From the NCBI RefSeq assembly GCF_002105155.1, contig NW_019029021.1:1-64000 (forward strand): DNA of 64,000 nucleotides, given 5' to 3'. The translations under genes were made by a program, and so were the position numbers. Of this stretch, positions 11,031-24,500 are shown one piece after another. The stretch's first letter is position 1, and the number at the start of each line of letters is the position of its first letter. This DNA is from Lobosporangium transversale (Eukaryota). The notes beneath the pieces were generated by a model. The model searched no databases and was not told the origin of the DNA. It saw only the letters and a list, made by a program, of their open reading frames with translations.

Positions 11031-12581
11031 CTAGATGACATATCGCGTCCCCAGAACGCTCAGTAACCGCAAATGACGGAGCTTGTGCATAGAGTTGAGG
11101 ATATCTCTATCTATTTTTAATGGGAACGAGACAACCCTGAATGTGATTGCGCATGGATCCAGCACTAACTCTTCCAATGTCCAAAGTTGTGCCAAAATAT
11201 TTATAATCTGATCCTGTTTGCGTCGATGCTCGCTTTCTGAAAAGGTTGCGTCGTCTGCACCACTCACACTTAAACCATTCTCCTCCTCCTTAAAATGATT
11301 CAGTTGAGCCTCACTGCAGCTGATGCTCATGCGAAGTCTTTTGAGTGAACTCCTACACCCCCAAGGCAACATTTGTAAAAATCGCTCGACATTGACAGAG
11401 GCACCCTCGATCTCAAACAGCTGTAATTTCGGACATATTTCTAATACAGTTACTACATCGTTCAGCTCCATGCCGATAAACGAAAAGTGAAAAGAAAATC
11501 TCTCTAATCGATGGCTCAGATCATAGTGTCTCAAATAAAATGCTGCATCTAAATCACCAAAAGCCCTAGAAAAAGATATAGATAACAAGCAACCACTAGC
11601 GGTTAAAAGTCGATCTAAAGACATATTCCCAGATTCCGACGATTGAAGGCAGTCAAAGTCAATGCGCTCGAGCGTTGCAAAACACCCTGAGAGCTGGATG
11701 GAATTTGCAACTGTAAAGAGAAGTTCATTGCTGGCCTTGAATGGAAGAGACAGGCGTTCCAAGCGAGGACATCTCCTAATTATGTAGTCTACCAGAAGAG
11801 GGTCAATTAAGGACCAGCCATCCAACTGAAGATGTCGGATCTGTGTTGGGAACTGAGGGCACAACGCAATCCTTTGAGTACCGTTACTTGAGTCCCAGAC
11901 TAGTGTCTCAATGCTTGGACAATGGTCAAGGAATGCTTGACAAGCATCGGACTGCTCAGCTAAATGGACAGAAAGCACCTTTAGATGCTGTAGGGTTCCC
12001 AACGCCTCGGCGATCTTATCAACTCCTTTAACGCGCCAAAGTTCCATTCGTACAAAGCTTAACGACCTGTTTTTGTTGATCAAATTCACCCAAATATCAG
12101 CTGTTTGGGCCAGAGTGGTCATCTTAAAGAAATCTCGCCAAAACTGTTGTTCAGCGCAGAGGCTTGGTGAGGCCCGATGGCCGAGTGCATAGAGATCAGT
12201 CAAATTTGAATTGACGCTGGCATGTGTAAGGTTGGTACAATTACCAGCCAAAAAGAGGAAGGAGTGGACATTGGCGACCACAATGGTCTTGATTAGAGTA
12301 GAGTAAGCTAGGGCTCGAGGGAACACGATGTTGTCCGTGTTCTGTAGCATGGGTAATGTTTTCTGTTCCTGAGAATGATTGGGAGATGGGGTTTCATCTT
12401 GGATGTTGAAGAGATGCTGTCCAAAGTCAAAGGTGCAAATGTGTTTATAGAGCGCCTCAACGAAAGCCTGTAACCACGAGTGGTTAACACGAAGGCAGAC
12501 GGTTAATTCATGAGGTGACAGATATTGAGCAATACGCGAGGCGAGTTCTGGAGTGTGGATTACATGAATATGCTTCATCAA
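11031..12581 (-). CDS. F-box / RNI-like leucine-rich-repeat protein
   Basis: 516-aa intronless ORF. N-terminal F-box-like PELASRIAQYLSPHELTVCLRVNHSW, followed by repeated CPxLxxL / LxxLxL LRR units. Confidence 0.8.
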   Translation of the reverse strand: MMKHIHVIHTPELASRIAQYLSPHELTVCLRVNHSWLQAFVEALYKHICTFDFGQHLFNIQDETPSPNHSQEQKTLPMLQNTDNIVFPRALAYSTLIKTIVVANVHSFLFLAGNCTNLTHASVNSNLTDLYALGHRASPSLCAEQQFWRDFFKMTTLAQTADIWVNLINKNRSLSFVRMELWRVKGVDKIAEALGTLQHLKVLSVHLAEQSDACQAFLDHCPSIETLVWDSSNGTQRIALCPQFPTQIRHLQLDGWSLIDPLLVDYIIRRCPRLERLSLPFKASNELLFTVANSIQLSGCFATLERIDFDCLQSSESGNMSLDRLLTASGCLLSISFSRAFGDLDAAFYLRHYDLSHRLERFSFHFSFIGMELNDVVTVLEICPKLQLFEIEGASVNVERFLQMLPWGCRSSLKRLRMSISCSEAQLNHFKEEENGLSVSGADDATFSESEHRRKQDQIINILAQLWTLEELVLDPCAITFRVVSFPLKIDRDILNSMHKLRHLRLLSVLGTRYVI

Positions 12582-13089
12582 TGTCTCTTTTCTCTTTTTG
12601 ATAGTTTATCTTGCAGGAAGGTAGTGAAGGTGTGTTCTTTGTTGGCTTGCATGGTCAACAGGATAGGGCACGAACCCTTTTCTCTTATTACTTCTCGGAG
12701 GAGGTTTTGAAGATGTTTTGCATAAAGTCATTTGAATATTCAAGTGTTTAAAGGTGAGCAAGGTTTTATGTTTCTATAGCCATGTGGATCTACACGTGAC
12801 AAAGGAACAGGATGATGTTGCCTGGATCCCAGAGATGTTGTCAAAAAGATTGCTTTTTTTATTTGTGATATGGATATGATCGATCAGATTGTGTTTGACT
12901 GCGTGTAAATGGCAATGGATCAAGCATTCACTCCTTTTCTCTTTTTCATCCACATCCTTCTTCGGCCCGCTTTTTTTTTTTCCGTTGAAGTTTACATTAC
13001 CAAATAAAACTTGTACCAGTGCAGAACTGCAGTTTCCGAATCAAAATATATTTCCCCGCTCTATTTCTTCTCTAATTGCTTTTCCCCTT

Positions 13090-14395
13090 ATGTCTTCTCT
13101 TCGCGCCCTGGCTGCTGTCTCCAGACCCTTTCTTCTCAACTCGTTCAAGACTACACTAAAGTCTACCCAGCCAAAGGTGCCTTTCTATTTACCCCACTCC
13201 TAGCTCTTGATAATTGAAACAAGTTTAAAAAAATGATCTAAAAATCAATCCAATCATGAATCACTCATCTCTACATTTCATTCTCTATTCAGATTGTCTC
13301 AAACATGCTCTATAGGAATTACACTAGCAGTGCTCCAACCTACCCTGGCTTGGGTCAGCCCGATTTGACCAAGGGTCCTTTGTATCGCTATGACACTGCT
13401 CTGCCCAAACTCCCTGTCCCCACCTTGGAAGAAACTTGCGCCCGCTATCTCAAGTCGGTTCGTCCTCTCCTGAACGACAAAGAGTTTGCAGAGACTTCTG
13501 CTGCCGTTGCTGAATTTCAAAAACCCGGAGGTGTTGGCGAGGAGCTTCAGAAGCGTTTGCTCGCCAAAGCCACTGATCCCAAGACAGTCAATTGGCTGGA
13601 AGACTGGTGGAATGACCTGGCTTACTTTGGCTATCGTGATCCTGTTGTGATCTATGTCTCATATTTTTATGCTTACAAGGATGATCATCTTCGCAAAAAG
13701 CCTACACAGCGTGCTGCAGCCATCATTCAGGCAGCCATGGACTTCCGCAGACAGGTCGTAGATGAGTCTTTGCCGCCCGAGATGGCCAAGAAGAGCCCTT
13801 TGGACTCATCCACCTACAAGTACATGTTCAATGCCTGCAGATACCCTGCCAAGCCCAGTGACTTTGAGTTGGCATTCGATCCTTCCAAAAACAATCATGT
13901 CGCTGTTGTTCGTCATAATCAGTTCTTTGTTTTCGATCTTATCAAGGATGGCAAGATGTTGAGCACCGCAGATATTGAGGCTCAATTGGATGCCATCGTC
14001 AAAATGGCTGGAGACCGCAAGGATCCTGCCATTGGTGTCCTGACTTCGGACAACCGCGATATTTGGACCGATGTAAGTCATACTATCATATACGATCTGT
14101 TTTTGTCTGTTTCATGACGCTGTAAAGCGAACAGGATCCAACTGGAAAAGCTTAGAGCATCACAAAAGGAATGGGATTTTTTCAGCAGGGACATTGTTCA
14201 CATATCGAAACGGATCTCATCTATCTGATGTCCACTTCAGAGGGAAAATTATCCAAGTAATTAAGGTTCTGCTCAATCAAATTATTGAACGACTAGATTT
14301 TCATTATTGTTTAGCCAACTTGGATCGGACTTTTTCTTTAAATATATATACTTTAGCTAGAAGCGAACAGTAGCAGGAAAGAAAGAGAGAGAGGG

Positions 14396-14428
<33 letters not shown>

Positions 14429-15554
14429 CTACTGGCTAATGATGACAGGTATCTTTTTTCACATGCCACTCTAGGCTCGTAAGACCCTTATTAATGCTGG
14501 ATCCCATAACGAGGAACTCCTTCGCAAGATCGAGTCTTCTGTTTTCCTCGTTTGCTTGGATGATTCGAGTCCTGTTACCCGTGACGAAGTCTCGCGCGCC
14601 TGCTGGCACGGTGATGGCCGTAACCGCTTTTTTGACAAGTCCCTTCAGTTTATCGTTTTTGAGAACGGCAAGGCCGGATTCATGGGTGAGCACTCCACAA
14701 TGGATGGCACCCCCACCTGCCGCTTGAATGATTATGTCTGCACCTCCTTGGCCAAGAACAAGATCGATCATGGCTCAACGACCGTCTCGTCCAACCTTGA
14801 GACTCCTCAGAAACTCAACTTTGCCTTTAACACCAGTGTTCACAAGGCCATTGAGACTTCTGAAAAGAATTTTGAACAGTTAATTGGAAAGCATTCACTT
14901 CATGTTCAGAACTATGAGGGATATGGCAAGGGCTTGATCAAGAAATTCAAGTGCTCGCCTGATGCCTATGTTCAGATGATTATTCAGCTCGCATATTACA
15001 AGATGCACGGTGTTTCACGCCCCACTTATGAGTCCGCTCAGGTTCGTAAGTTCCAACACGGCCGTACTGAGACCTGCCGTACCGTCAGTACCGAGTCAGT
15101 TGCCTGGGTCAAAGCTATGGAAGATCACACCATCTCTGCTACTGAAAAGACTGCTTTGTTCAAGAAAGCTCTTGAATCACACGTCAGCTATATGGCCAGC
15201 GCTGTGGAAGGCAAGGGATGCGACCGTCATTTGTTAGGTCTCCGTCTATCGCTCAAGTCTCACGAGCCCAAACCCGCCATGTTCACTCAGGAAATCTTTA
15301 GCCGCTCCAGCCACTGGAACCTCTCAACTTCTCAGTTGTCATGTGAGTACTTTGATGGCTACGGATGGGGTGAGGTCGTTCCTGATGGTTATGGAGTTGC
15401 TTATATGATTAACGAGAACAACTTGAGCTTCAATGTTGCTTCGCTTAATGAGATGCGCCCTCACCATTTGCACCATTACTTGAAAGAGGCTGCGAGTGAG
15501 ATGAGACAGCTTTTTGAGCAGACCTTGCTCGAGGCCCCCAAGTCCAAATTGTAA
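13090..15554 (+). CDS. CAT2: Carnitine O-acetyltransferase (mitochondrial/peroxisomal); exons 13090-13176, 13293-14072, 14475-15554
   Basis: LPKLPVPTLEETCARYL, NWLEDWW, NRFFDKSLQFIV, catalytic GEHSTMDG, RTETCRTVS, GYGVAY and C-terminal SKL. Both introns splice in frame. Confidence 0.95.
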
Positions 15555-16518
15555 AAAAAAATATGCGCTTGCTTAGATGTACTCATAATAAATACATAAA
15601 AGGAAATTTATCATCTTGACAATGGCCAGCAGGGCCTACAAGGGCCAAAGATCACTGGTGTCCCTCTGCACGTAGATCAATAATTTGTGCTTTGTGGTCA
15701 AGTATTTAACAAATTAAAATCATCGGGATTGTCTTTTGTGGGGATCTTAATAGAAGATCGGCTTCACATTTATTTTTTATTATTTTTTTTTTTTAAAGAA
15801 GTACATTGAAAGCAATTACAATGGATGAATGGATGCTTGGGTCAGAATAATTTAGTCTGCCCTATATAAGATACAAAGCTCAACTAGTCAGGACGATCTA
15901 TAGATACTGGTCTGAAACGTAAAAAAAAAAAAAAGAGCTCTCATCAAGATTAAGCGCTTTTATGGGTGTGGAGAAGAAAGCTGTTAAGAACTCCCCGCAT
16001 TTCTCTCCTTGGCGGTACCTGTAGTTAGTATAGTTAGAACAGTGGAGTATCATCCGTGTAACAGGCATCCTTTATATTCATGCCGTTCGTCCACTAATGA
16101 TAATTCGATACGCGTCATGGCCCCTCAGACGACGACAGCCATGAACTCTATTTTACCCCGCATATTTTTTTTTTTAATGTTCAAAGATTCAAGGTGGGGT
16201 TCAGATTTTTCCGTTCCGTGCAACTCTTCCGTATCGGAGCATATTCCCGAAGATCCCGTCGATGGCTGATTGCTTCCTTCGAGAGACCCCAGTTTTTTCC
16301 TCACTTCCTATCCCCACATTTTATGTTATTGCGCGATGCATTCATGCAAATGGTCTTTATCCCTCCCTAAATGTATTTAAATATCCCAAGACTTTTCCTC
16401 AATCCCCCCTTTTTTTTATCTCTAGTTCATTAAGCAACACTTTGTCTTACATACCCTTTTTGCGACCAATTTTCATTACAAACAGCTTCTCTTCCTTAAA
16501 TTATCAAAGAAAAGAAAA

Positions 16519-17463
16519 ATGGTTTCTGTGAACGTTTACCTTGATAAGCAAGAATATGGAAAGGACAAGGTTCGCCTTCTGAAGGTCCATCGTGATTCCA
16601 AGGTCCACCGTGTCGATGATCTTACGATCCGTTGCTTACTTTCCGGTTCCTCCTTCACAACTTCTTATACTGAGGCCTCTAACAAGGCTGTGGTCGCAAC
16701 AGACTCGATCAAGAACACCTGCTATGTCCTTGCCAAGTCTTCCAAGGTCGTTGATACCCTTGAACTCTTTGCAGCTGAGCTCGGCAATCATTTCTTGGAC
16801 ACCTACAACTGGGTTGAGGGGGCTCATGTTACCATCATTCGTCATCGTTGGGCAAGGATGAACATCGATGGTAAGCCTCACACTCACTCCTTCTGGCGTG
16901 ATGGAGAGGAGACTCGTCAAACCGATCTTTTTGTCAAGCGTGCTGCCGGTGGTCGCCGCACTGTCGAACTCAAGTCTGCCATTGATGGTCTCCTTGTCCT
17001 AAAGACCACAGGATCATCATTCGAGGACTTTGTCCGAGATGAATACACAACCTTGGCAGAGACCAAGGATCGTATTCTTTCGACATGTGTGGACGCACAA
17101 TGGGAATTTAACATCCCTTCTGCTCCAACCGAGAACTTGTTGTCGACCATGGCTCAGATTCCGTTCAACAAGATTTATGAGTCGGTCCGGGAGGTGACCT
17201 GCAAGACCTTTGCAGAGGATGAGTCCGCCTCTGTCCAGGCTACGTTGTACAAGATGGCTGCTCAGTCGATCTCTAACTGGAGATCTCTGAACCGTGTCTC
17301 CTATGCTCTCCCTAATCGTCATTTCTTTGCAGTTGACTTGAGTTACTTCAAGGGCACCAAGAACTTGGCAGAACATGCCGACGTCTACCAGCCTTTGACT
17401 GATCCTTCTGGATTGATCACTGCTACCGTCGCTCGTTCCCCTGATACTTCTGCTCGTCTTTAA
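16519..17463 (+). CDS. uaZ: Urate oxidase (uricase), peroxisomal
   Basis: YGKDKVRLLKV, VVATDSIKNT, LLVLKTTGSSFEDFVRDEYTTL, SVQATLY, LPNRHFF. Ends in PTS1-like ARL. Intronless. Confidence 0.96.
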   Translation: MVSVNVYLDKQEYGKDKVRLLKVHRDSKVHRVDDLTIRCLLSGSSFTTSYTEASNKAVVATDSIKNTCYVLAKSSKVVDTLELFAAELGNHFLDTYNWVEGAHVTIIRHRWARMNIDGKPHTHSFWRDGEETRQTDLFVKRAAGGRRTVELKSAIDGLLVLKTTGSSFEDFVRDEYTTLAETKDRILSTCVDAQWEFNIPSAPTENLLSTMAQIPFNKIYESVREVTCKTFAEDESASVQATLYKMAAQSISNWRSLNRVSYALPNRHFFAVDLSYFKGTKNLAEHADVYQPLTDPSGLITATVARSPDTSARL

Positions 17464-17638
17464 AAACATACAAATAAATAAATGAATAAAATAACAATTT
17501 GTACATAGAGGAATTTATTCCGCTCTAGACCTTGAATAGCAAAGGAATATAATAAATTAAAAGAAAAGCCCGCATTTGACGTTCATTTGTTTATTTATTT
17601 TAAATTTGTAAATGCCATTATCGTCTTGCTATCTTTAG

Positions 17639-18940
17639 TTAGTCTTTTTTTTCTACATTTTCGACTTCCTTCGTATTAGCCCCCACATCTTTGCTCTTCG
17701 GATTGTTCGCCAGTTCTACAATACCATCGACATCTACAATACCTCTGATCTCCTTGTTCTCAATTGAGTTCATGATGGCTCTTGCCATGGTTTCCATGCT
17801 GATAGGTGGTGTAGAGAGGGCTTGTGCAAATGGAACGGTCCCCTTTAAGGCATTACCCAACACAGTACTGGAGATGGTGAGCAATCCTGCCAAGGGTACA
17901 GTCACTGGCCTATCAGGCGTGGACATGAATCCAGGACGAAAAATAATGGGTCGGATTGCAGATGGGTGAGTCAAAAGCGCATTCTCGGCTTCACGTTTAG
18001 TGGTAAGGTAGCGGTTTGGAATTATAGGTGCGACGAAGGCTGCAGAGATATAAACGAAGCTTTCAACACCTTCCTTCCCAGCCTCATTTGCAAGAGTAAT
18101 TGCTGAAAAAGACAAGATTTTAGAGCAATAAACGTCAATAATGGTTCTAATTGCTCTTTATATATATATATATATATATATTTTTTCTTCATTTACCAGT
18201 ATCACGGTTCACTTTCTCATAGGTCAATCCAGATTTAGGTGCTTTTGAAGTATCAAGAGGGTTCTGACCGCGAAACATAGTCTGGATGTTTTTGGTAAGC
18301 TCTTCAAAGTTTTGACTATGGAGAATATCCTTGTAATTGTCCTCTAGCAACAGTCCAACTGAGTGGACGACAGCATTAGCGCCTGCAATCGCATCCTTAT
18401 ATGTGCTGGGTTCCAATGAATCCCCTTGTGCCCAATTGACCTAAATGGTTTTATAATGTTGCGAGATTTAATATCCTAATGCATCGATATATAATTGTCT
18501 TTAAATGTTAGGGTCTTATGTTTTAGCATACCTTGGTTGCCCACCCATGGGGTGCAATAAAGTCCTTTTGATTGGATTCTGTCAAAGTGGGTTTACCGCG
18601 ACGACTATTTTATTAAAGAGAAAAGTTTGAGCCAAGTTGAAATTTTTTTCTTTTGAAAAAAAAAAATAAAAATAAAAATAAAAAAAATAAAAAAAAAAAA
18701 AAAAAAAAAGAGTACCTTAAGCTTGTTACATCCCATCCACGAGCAACGGCCAATTTACAGACTTGGAAGCCTATTTTCAGTCGGTTCAGTAGTCGCATGG
18801 ATTAGCATAAATAAAATATACAATTATACATTTTTCTTTTGTTGGAAAAAAAAAAAAAAAAAAAAAAACATACCAACGCCACCTGTGCCTCCCACAACCA
18901 ATAGTTTCTTGGCCAATGCTTGTAGGGAAGGTGACACCAT
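17639..18940 (-). CDS. COQ11: Atypical SDR / NAD(P)-binding protein, Coq11 (YLR290C)-like; about 5 exons
   Basis: Exon pieces KKLLVVGGTGGVG, FQVCKLAVARGWDVTSL, AVVHSVGLL, YEKVNRDT, FVYISA, RYLTTKREAE, IFRPGFM, separated by GT-AG introns. Confidence 0.75.
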
Positions 18941-20091
18941 TTTTTTCTTTTTTTTTTTAAATCAAAAATGAATTGTGGAATGAATGAGGAGGGAAAGGAA
19001 GGGAGGAATCGTCAAAGACAAGGAACTTTCCTAATAAACATGACAGCGCAACATGACTATGCGTGAGATTTCCGCAAAGACGTGACTGTGAAAATGCGCG
19101 TAGAATGTGTGGATCGATTCCCGTCGCGCCCAACCGCGCTTTGGTAACCCGGAGGATTCGTCACCATCAGATATGATTAGCAAGAATAGGCTAGAATGGG
19201 GAGGAAAAGGAATTCATAGGTTTCTTCTTATTCATGTCTAAGCAGCAGTTGGAGAGATCCAAGAAATTGAATATGGATTTGAGGCGCTGTAGAAGAAATA
19301 TCTTTAAACAAATGTTTAGATTATTTTTCCCTCCTTCCCACGCTCAGTAAGGCGTCAATTAACTTAAAACTCTTCCAAAAGTCCAATATCATCTGTAACA
19401 CTGTCAATTGTCAAATAACGTCAACAGCGATCACCACGAACTTTGTTAGGGCCTCTGTTCCCTTTTTACAGGTGCACAAAGCTGTGATCTTTGTGCCTTC
19501 TTTCCTCACTATATTGGATATGAGGGTTTTGAGAGAGAACTGCTCCATTACGTCAAGAGTCCCCTAAATTATTCACCACATGGACCTGAGAGAAACCCAA
19601 TCGGGAGGTGTCGGGTCCTCTACTGCTACCATATTCTGCATATTTATCATTGGAATGCTTACAGCCAGATCAAGCCAACCGTAATGGAAGAGAGTGGATT
19701 CCTGGTGGTAGATAAATAAACCATAAAGATGTTTTTGCACGATGCAGGATGGTCGTTTCAAAGGGATGTTGTTTTTTTTGTTATTTTCCAGTTTTTCAGA
19801 TGACGTATGGATGGAAAGCCTGAAGTAAAATCATTTATTTCTGCGCTCACACACACTCAGCTAAACTTCCTTCACACTCATTACATCACCCTCTTTAGTC
19901 ATTCCCACTCTCCTCATTCTTGTACGTTCAGAAATACTTTTAACGCTTCAAGGACAAGAGGAAAAAAGGAAAAGAAAGCATAGCAACCAATTCCATCTTT
20001 CTCCTTGCTCTTACTAAACAAGTAAAATATCAAAAGTAAAAAAAAAAAAAGAAAAAAAGTCCCACAATTCCTAAGCAAAGCTACAATAAAT

Positions 20092-20977
20092 ATGAAATAC
20101 CTTGAATACCCTGGCATGGATAATATCAACAGTGCTCTCAATTTTGAGACACCAGAGTGTAGAGTCCATGGCAGAGTTGAACCATATTCATGTAAGCAAG
20201 AAAGGAAGGGAGAATAAAAAAAATAAAAATAAAAAAAAAAAAAACCTGGGCAAAGCAAACATTAGACTTTCTCCACTGATCCTAGTGTAAAAAAATCTAA
20301 TCTGGATTGATATATCTCTCTCACTTTTTTTTCTACTCTCTCTCAATTCAATTATAAAAGGCAAAGCTGCAGGAGCGGACAAGAAGCTATACAAGCAGTT
20401 GGAGAATAAATACGACCCTACATCACCAAACAACACTCTCAGTCCACCAGACGACGATGGGTTCAACAATATACGAAACATCATCTCACCTTTTGGACCA
20501 ATGAACCAGCCTGCCTCGAGAAAGACGCTCTTTTATTTGATTGGGACTCTGAATGCATCTTTCCCAGATTATGACTTTTCGTAAGTCTTCTTTTTCCCAC
20601 GTGTATTAAATCTGATCACAGGTTTTACTCAAAAAAAAAAAAAAAAAAAGGGGGTGATGGAGGAAGGAGGTGTAGAACAGTATCTAGCTGGAATGATATT
20701 TATTCCATTCATTCATTCATTCTTATTCTTTCTTAGAGACGTTAAACCCGAACAATTCCGGAAGGAGCCTTCAGTGTCAATAGTAGTGAATTCGATCAAT
20801 TCAACGTTACTGAATCATGGAAACGAGCGTGCTGTCAAGGACATTGGCCTTTGGGAAGCAATCGACCAATTAATAGAGTTGGCTGATTCTGATGTTTATT
20901 CATACAACCCAGAGAGCGACTCTGATCCTAATGATGAAGAAGGAGGAACACTGTAGGTGAACAAAAGGATAAAATGC

Positions 20978-21009
<32 letters not shown>

Positions 21010-21371
21010 TTAGCAATGTTGGTCATTATTAAAACTTCATTTCTCTTGGCATAGGTGGTCGTTCAATTACTTCTTTTATAACCGGAAACTAAAACGCATC
21101 ATCTATTTTACAATGAGAGGAGTCAGCCACAATGTATTGACAGATGACGATGATATGGAAGACAATTATAACTCTGACGATGATAACAACATTGGCTTTG
21201 CACAACGCAAGAAAAGGTAAAAAAGAAAGAAAAGAAACCAAATAGCTTTTGGAGAGAAGGAAGTCCTGTCATCGTTCCCTAACTGACGTAAAATACTCTT
21301 GCATTTTTTTTTTCTTTTTTAGGCATGATGACGTTGAAGATTTTGTTGCAGGAGATATGGATATCAATTGA
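20092..21371 (+). CDS. MAF1: Maf1, repressor of RNA polymerase III; 5 exons (about 20092-20191, 20361-20580, 20737-20952, 21055-21216, 21323-21371)
   Basis: [74 protein letters not shown], acidic tail. Confidence 0.95.
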
Positions 21372-21511
21372 CGAAGGAAAAGAGTTTTTTTTCTGTCAAT
21401 CTATCTAGGCAGATTTTAATAGCAGGAGTGAGGATACAAATTTATTTAATAAATAACGGAAACTGCCTTCGTTATTGATATATATCCTTATTTCTTTTAC
21501 TTTTTTTCATT

Positions 21512-24500
21512 TTAAATCGGTGGCAACTCAGGTACTGCTCCATAGACCTGCTTGAACGCATCTCCATACCTGGCCAGCCATGCAACTCTAGCTTGACGAC
21601 GGCGTTCAATCCGTTCTTCCTCTGTCTCCTCATCTTCCTCGTTATCGTCATAGTTGTAGTCGTAGTCGCCTTCGTCATCCTCAAACGCATCATCCTCATC
21701 GCTACTCTCTCCTTCTTTAACCTCGTCCACCTTCCGACTGGTACTGTTACTGTGGTTATTGTAACTGTTGCTTCGAGACGGGCTCTGTACTTTAATTTGG
21801 AAGCCCAAGTTTTGTTTTTCGAGTGGAGACAAACGGCTCGGATGATTGTCAAAAGGGTGATACGGACTAGCAGGGTTGGAGCTCCTGGCGTGAGACCCCT
21901 TAGTAGTAGTAATAGTAGTGTTAGGATTAACAATGCTCGTAGCAATGGTTGTGGAAGTAGGCGCCGAAGCAACATTATCTGAGGCTGCCAATCTTGGATT
22001 CAACGTAGAGCCTCGGCTTGGACTACACGCCAACGGCATTGCTGGAGCTAATGGAGGGGAGAATGAGAGCGGCGGATAATTTGGCATGTAGCCATGTCTC
22101 TCCTGAGTAACATTGCTACTATTACTGCTGTGGTTGTTATTAGCCCTACTGATGGCACCAAAGTCAATCCCTGGAAATAAAGCTTGATGTGTTATTGGGG
22201 ATGTTAAAGGAGTGCATCCCTTGGCGAATGTAACCTTTTTCTTGGCCTGAACAGGCCTATGGTTCGGCGGCGTCACATTGAGCGGAATGGCTTCTCGTCG
22301 CTCCCTAAGACATGATTTAAGAGGTCGAGAGGACAATTTGGGATGGTGTAATTCTGCCTGCTGTAAAGACCGTCTAGCGTATTGGGGCTGGGTGTTGCTT
22401 TTACTACTAATACGGTTCCCATTCCCATTGCCACTGCTACTGCTGCTGCTCTCTTCAACAGAAGTATGACCAACTGAAGAGAACAAGCTCATTGCTGGGA
22501 GCATTGATGTAACAAGTGCAAATGTTGCAGACTGTTGCTGAGGTGAAATTTTTATACTTGTTAGTGCTCCATTAGTGTTTCGAGGGTGTGGGAGAGGCGA
22601 GGGTAAATCTTTTGAAGACTTGGCTATCAGATCATTATACGCCCTGCTACCCCCGTCCCTTGATTCACTAAAACCGCTCCACCGTTGTTGAGCCGGATAT
22701 AGATGAGATAAATCTCTATCCGAATAGTTCTTTTGATTGGACATAATGGTAAGAGTAAAGTCATCGCCAGCTTCTTCTGCGGCCGCCTTTGGGGCAACTT
22801 TGGCTTCCTTGGTTCCAGTTCTAACAGCAGGGACACTTGCTGGCATTATCAGTGCTAAGTCACCTATCTTCTTCTTAGATGCTACTGTATTTGCCTCCAA
22901 AACAGGACCTGGCTCCTTCTGTAAAAGTCCAGCAGCTAGACTTGAAGCGTTTGACTGATGAACAACAGCCCCTGCTACTTTGACACTCGGTTGAATGCTA
23001 ACGGGCCCTTCCACGGCCCTATGTGCAATACTCACTATTGCTGTTGATACTGCTGATCGATCCTTGTTGTTTAGAGTGGAATCAGTTTGGTCAATTGCGG
23101 TCGACGTTGTCTTTAATGTATCCGTGAATGAAATGTCCTTGGTTTCTCTAAAAGCGTAGTCAAGGCTTGCTTGTTGTTGTTGAACTTTAAAATAAGTAGC
23201 TTCAGGTGGAGGAGAGTGTCTCACAGAGCTTATCCTTGATGGTGGTAGGCCAACGCTCTGCTTTGTATCTGCTGTATTCATAATGAATCTAGCCACTTTG
23301 GAGCTACTGCTTTCTACAGTCCTACCAGTGATGGCTCTGTTTACTGGTTCAAGGCTGGCCTCAGCAATATCCACTTTATCCTCGCCCTTGACTGCAAGAG
23401 GCGATGAAGGAGGAGATGATGACGTTGGTAATAATAGCGCTTTAGCGGCCGACGAATTTATGGCAGGGTCTCTTTCCGATACATAACTCTCACTCCACTT
23501 GGTCAGGGTAGGTACAGGTGGTAATACGGCCTGAACAGAATTGGTGGCACAGAAAATGGCGCCTGAAATGGTCGAGATACGATTGTGATTATACTTCGAT
23601 ACAATCTCAATGGGGACTTCTAGGAATGCACCCATGCGACCCTTGAAAAAGAATTTGATTACAAACATGTACTCGACTTTGAATAGTTCACGGTCTAAAA
23701 TCGTCAGCGCATTTTCCTATCAAATCAACATATGGACCATTAGTAAAAGAGCAAAATAAAAAAAAAAAGAAAAAAGATGACAATTTTTTTTTTTTTTTTT
23801 CATTGATATTGCTATTAACGCTTACAGGGATATGCATGGCTATATGGTACATGGACAATGATTTCGCGGTCCTAAAGTCTTCATGGTCTTCATAGTAACC
23901 CTTTAAATGATTGCCGTTGGCATGGCTCTCCTCCGACTGCGCAGACACATAGTCCTTTGCAATCTTGGTCACATATGTTCCAACAAGCTTTTTTCTTGGC
24001 TTCGTCTCAGCTTTTGCAAACTGTTTCCTCTCAGGGCTCTGTCTATCGCTCGAGGAGACAGCTGTTGTTGATAGTGACGGAGCTACTGCCCTAGCGAAAG
24101 CATCATCATTGTTCAATAATGAAAACACGTGGATGGTTTCCACAAGCGACACTTTGATATCCACCACCTGCATGAAATCGGATTTCACAATAAACATATC
24201 CAGTGCAACCTTATCACCAGCTGGAGCCACCGATTTGTCAACATGGGCTCCGAAACCGACTTCATCAAGGCTGGTTGCGGGGTCTTTGTGCCTTGAACCG
24301 TATCGACTATCCCGTATGGATAAGCTCGGCCGCGTTTGCTTCTGTTGCCGAGGATAGAGGTCTTCTGCTGAGAAAATTTCACTACTCTCTGCAAAATTGG
24401 CCTTCTGCGCCGCGAGTGTCATGAGAGCATTATAACTACCATCCTCTGTGCATGGCTGGGGTGGCAAGTCATTGGTAATGGAATAGGGTCCTATCACTTC

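Noticed and set aside
16234..16250. TCGG-N9-CCGA upstream of uricase as a UaY-type site
   Set aside because: The Aspergillus UaY site is TCGG-N6-CCGA and the spacing here is 9. A single short match is not significant.
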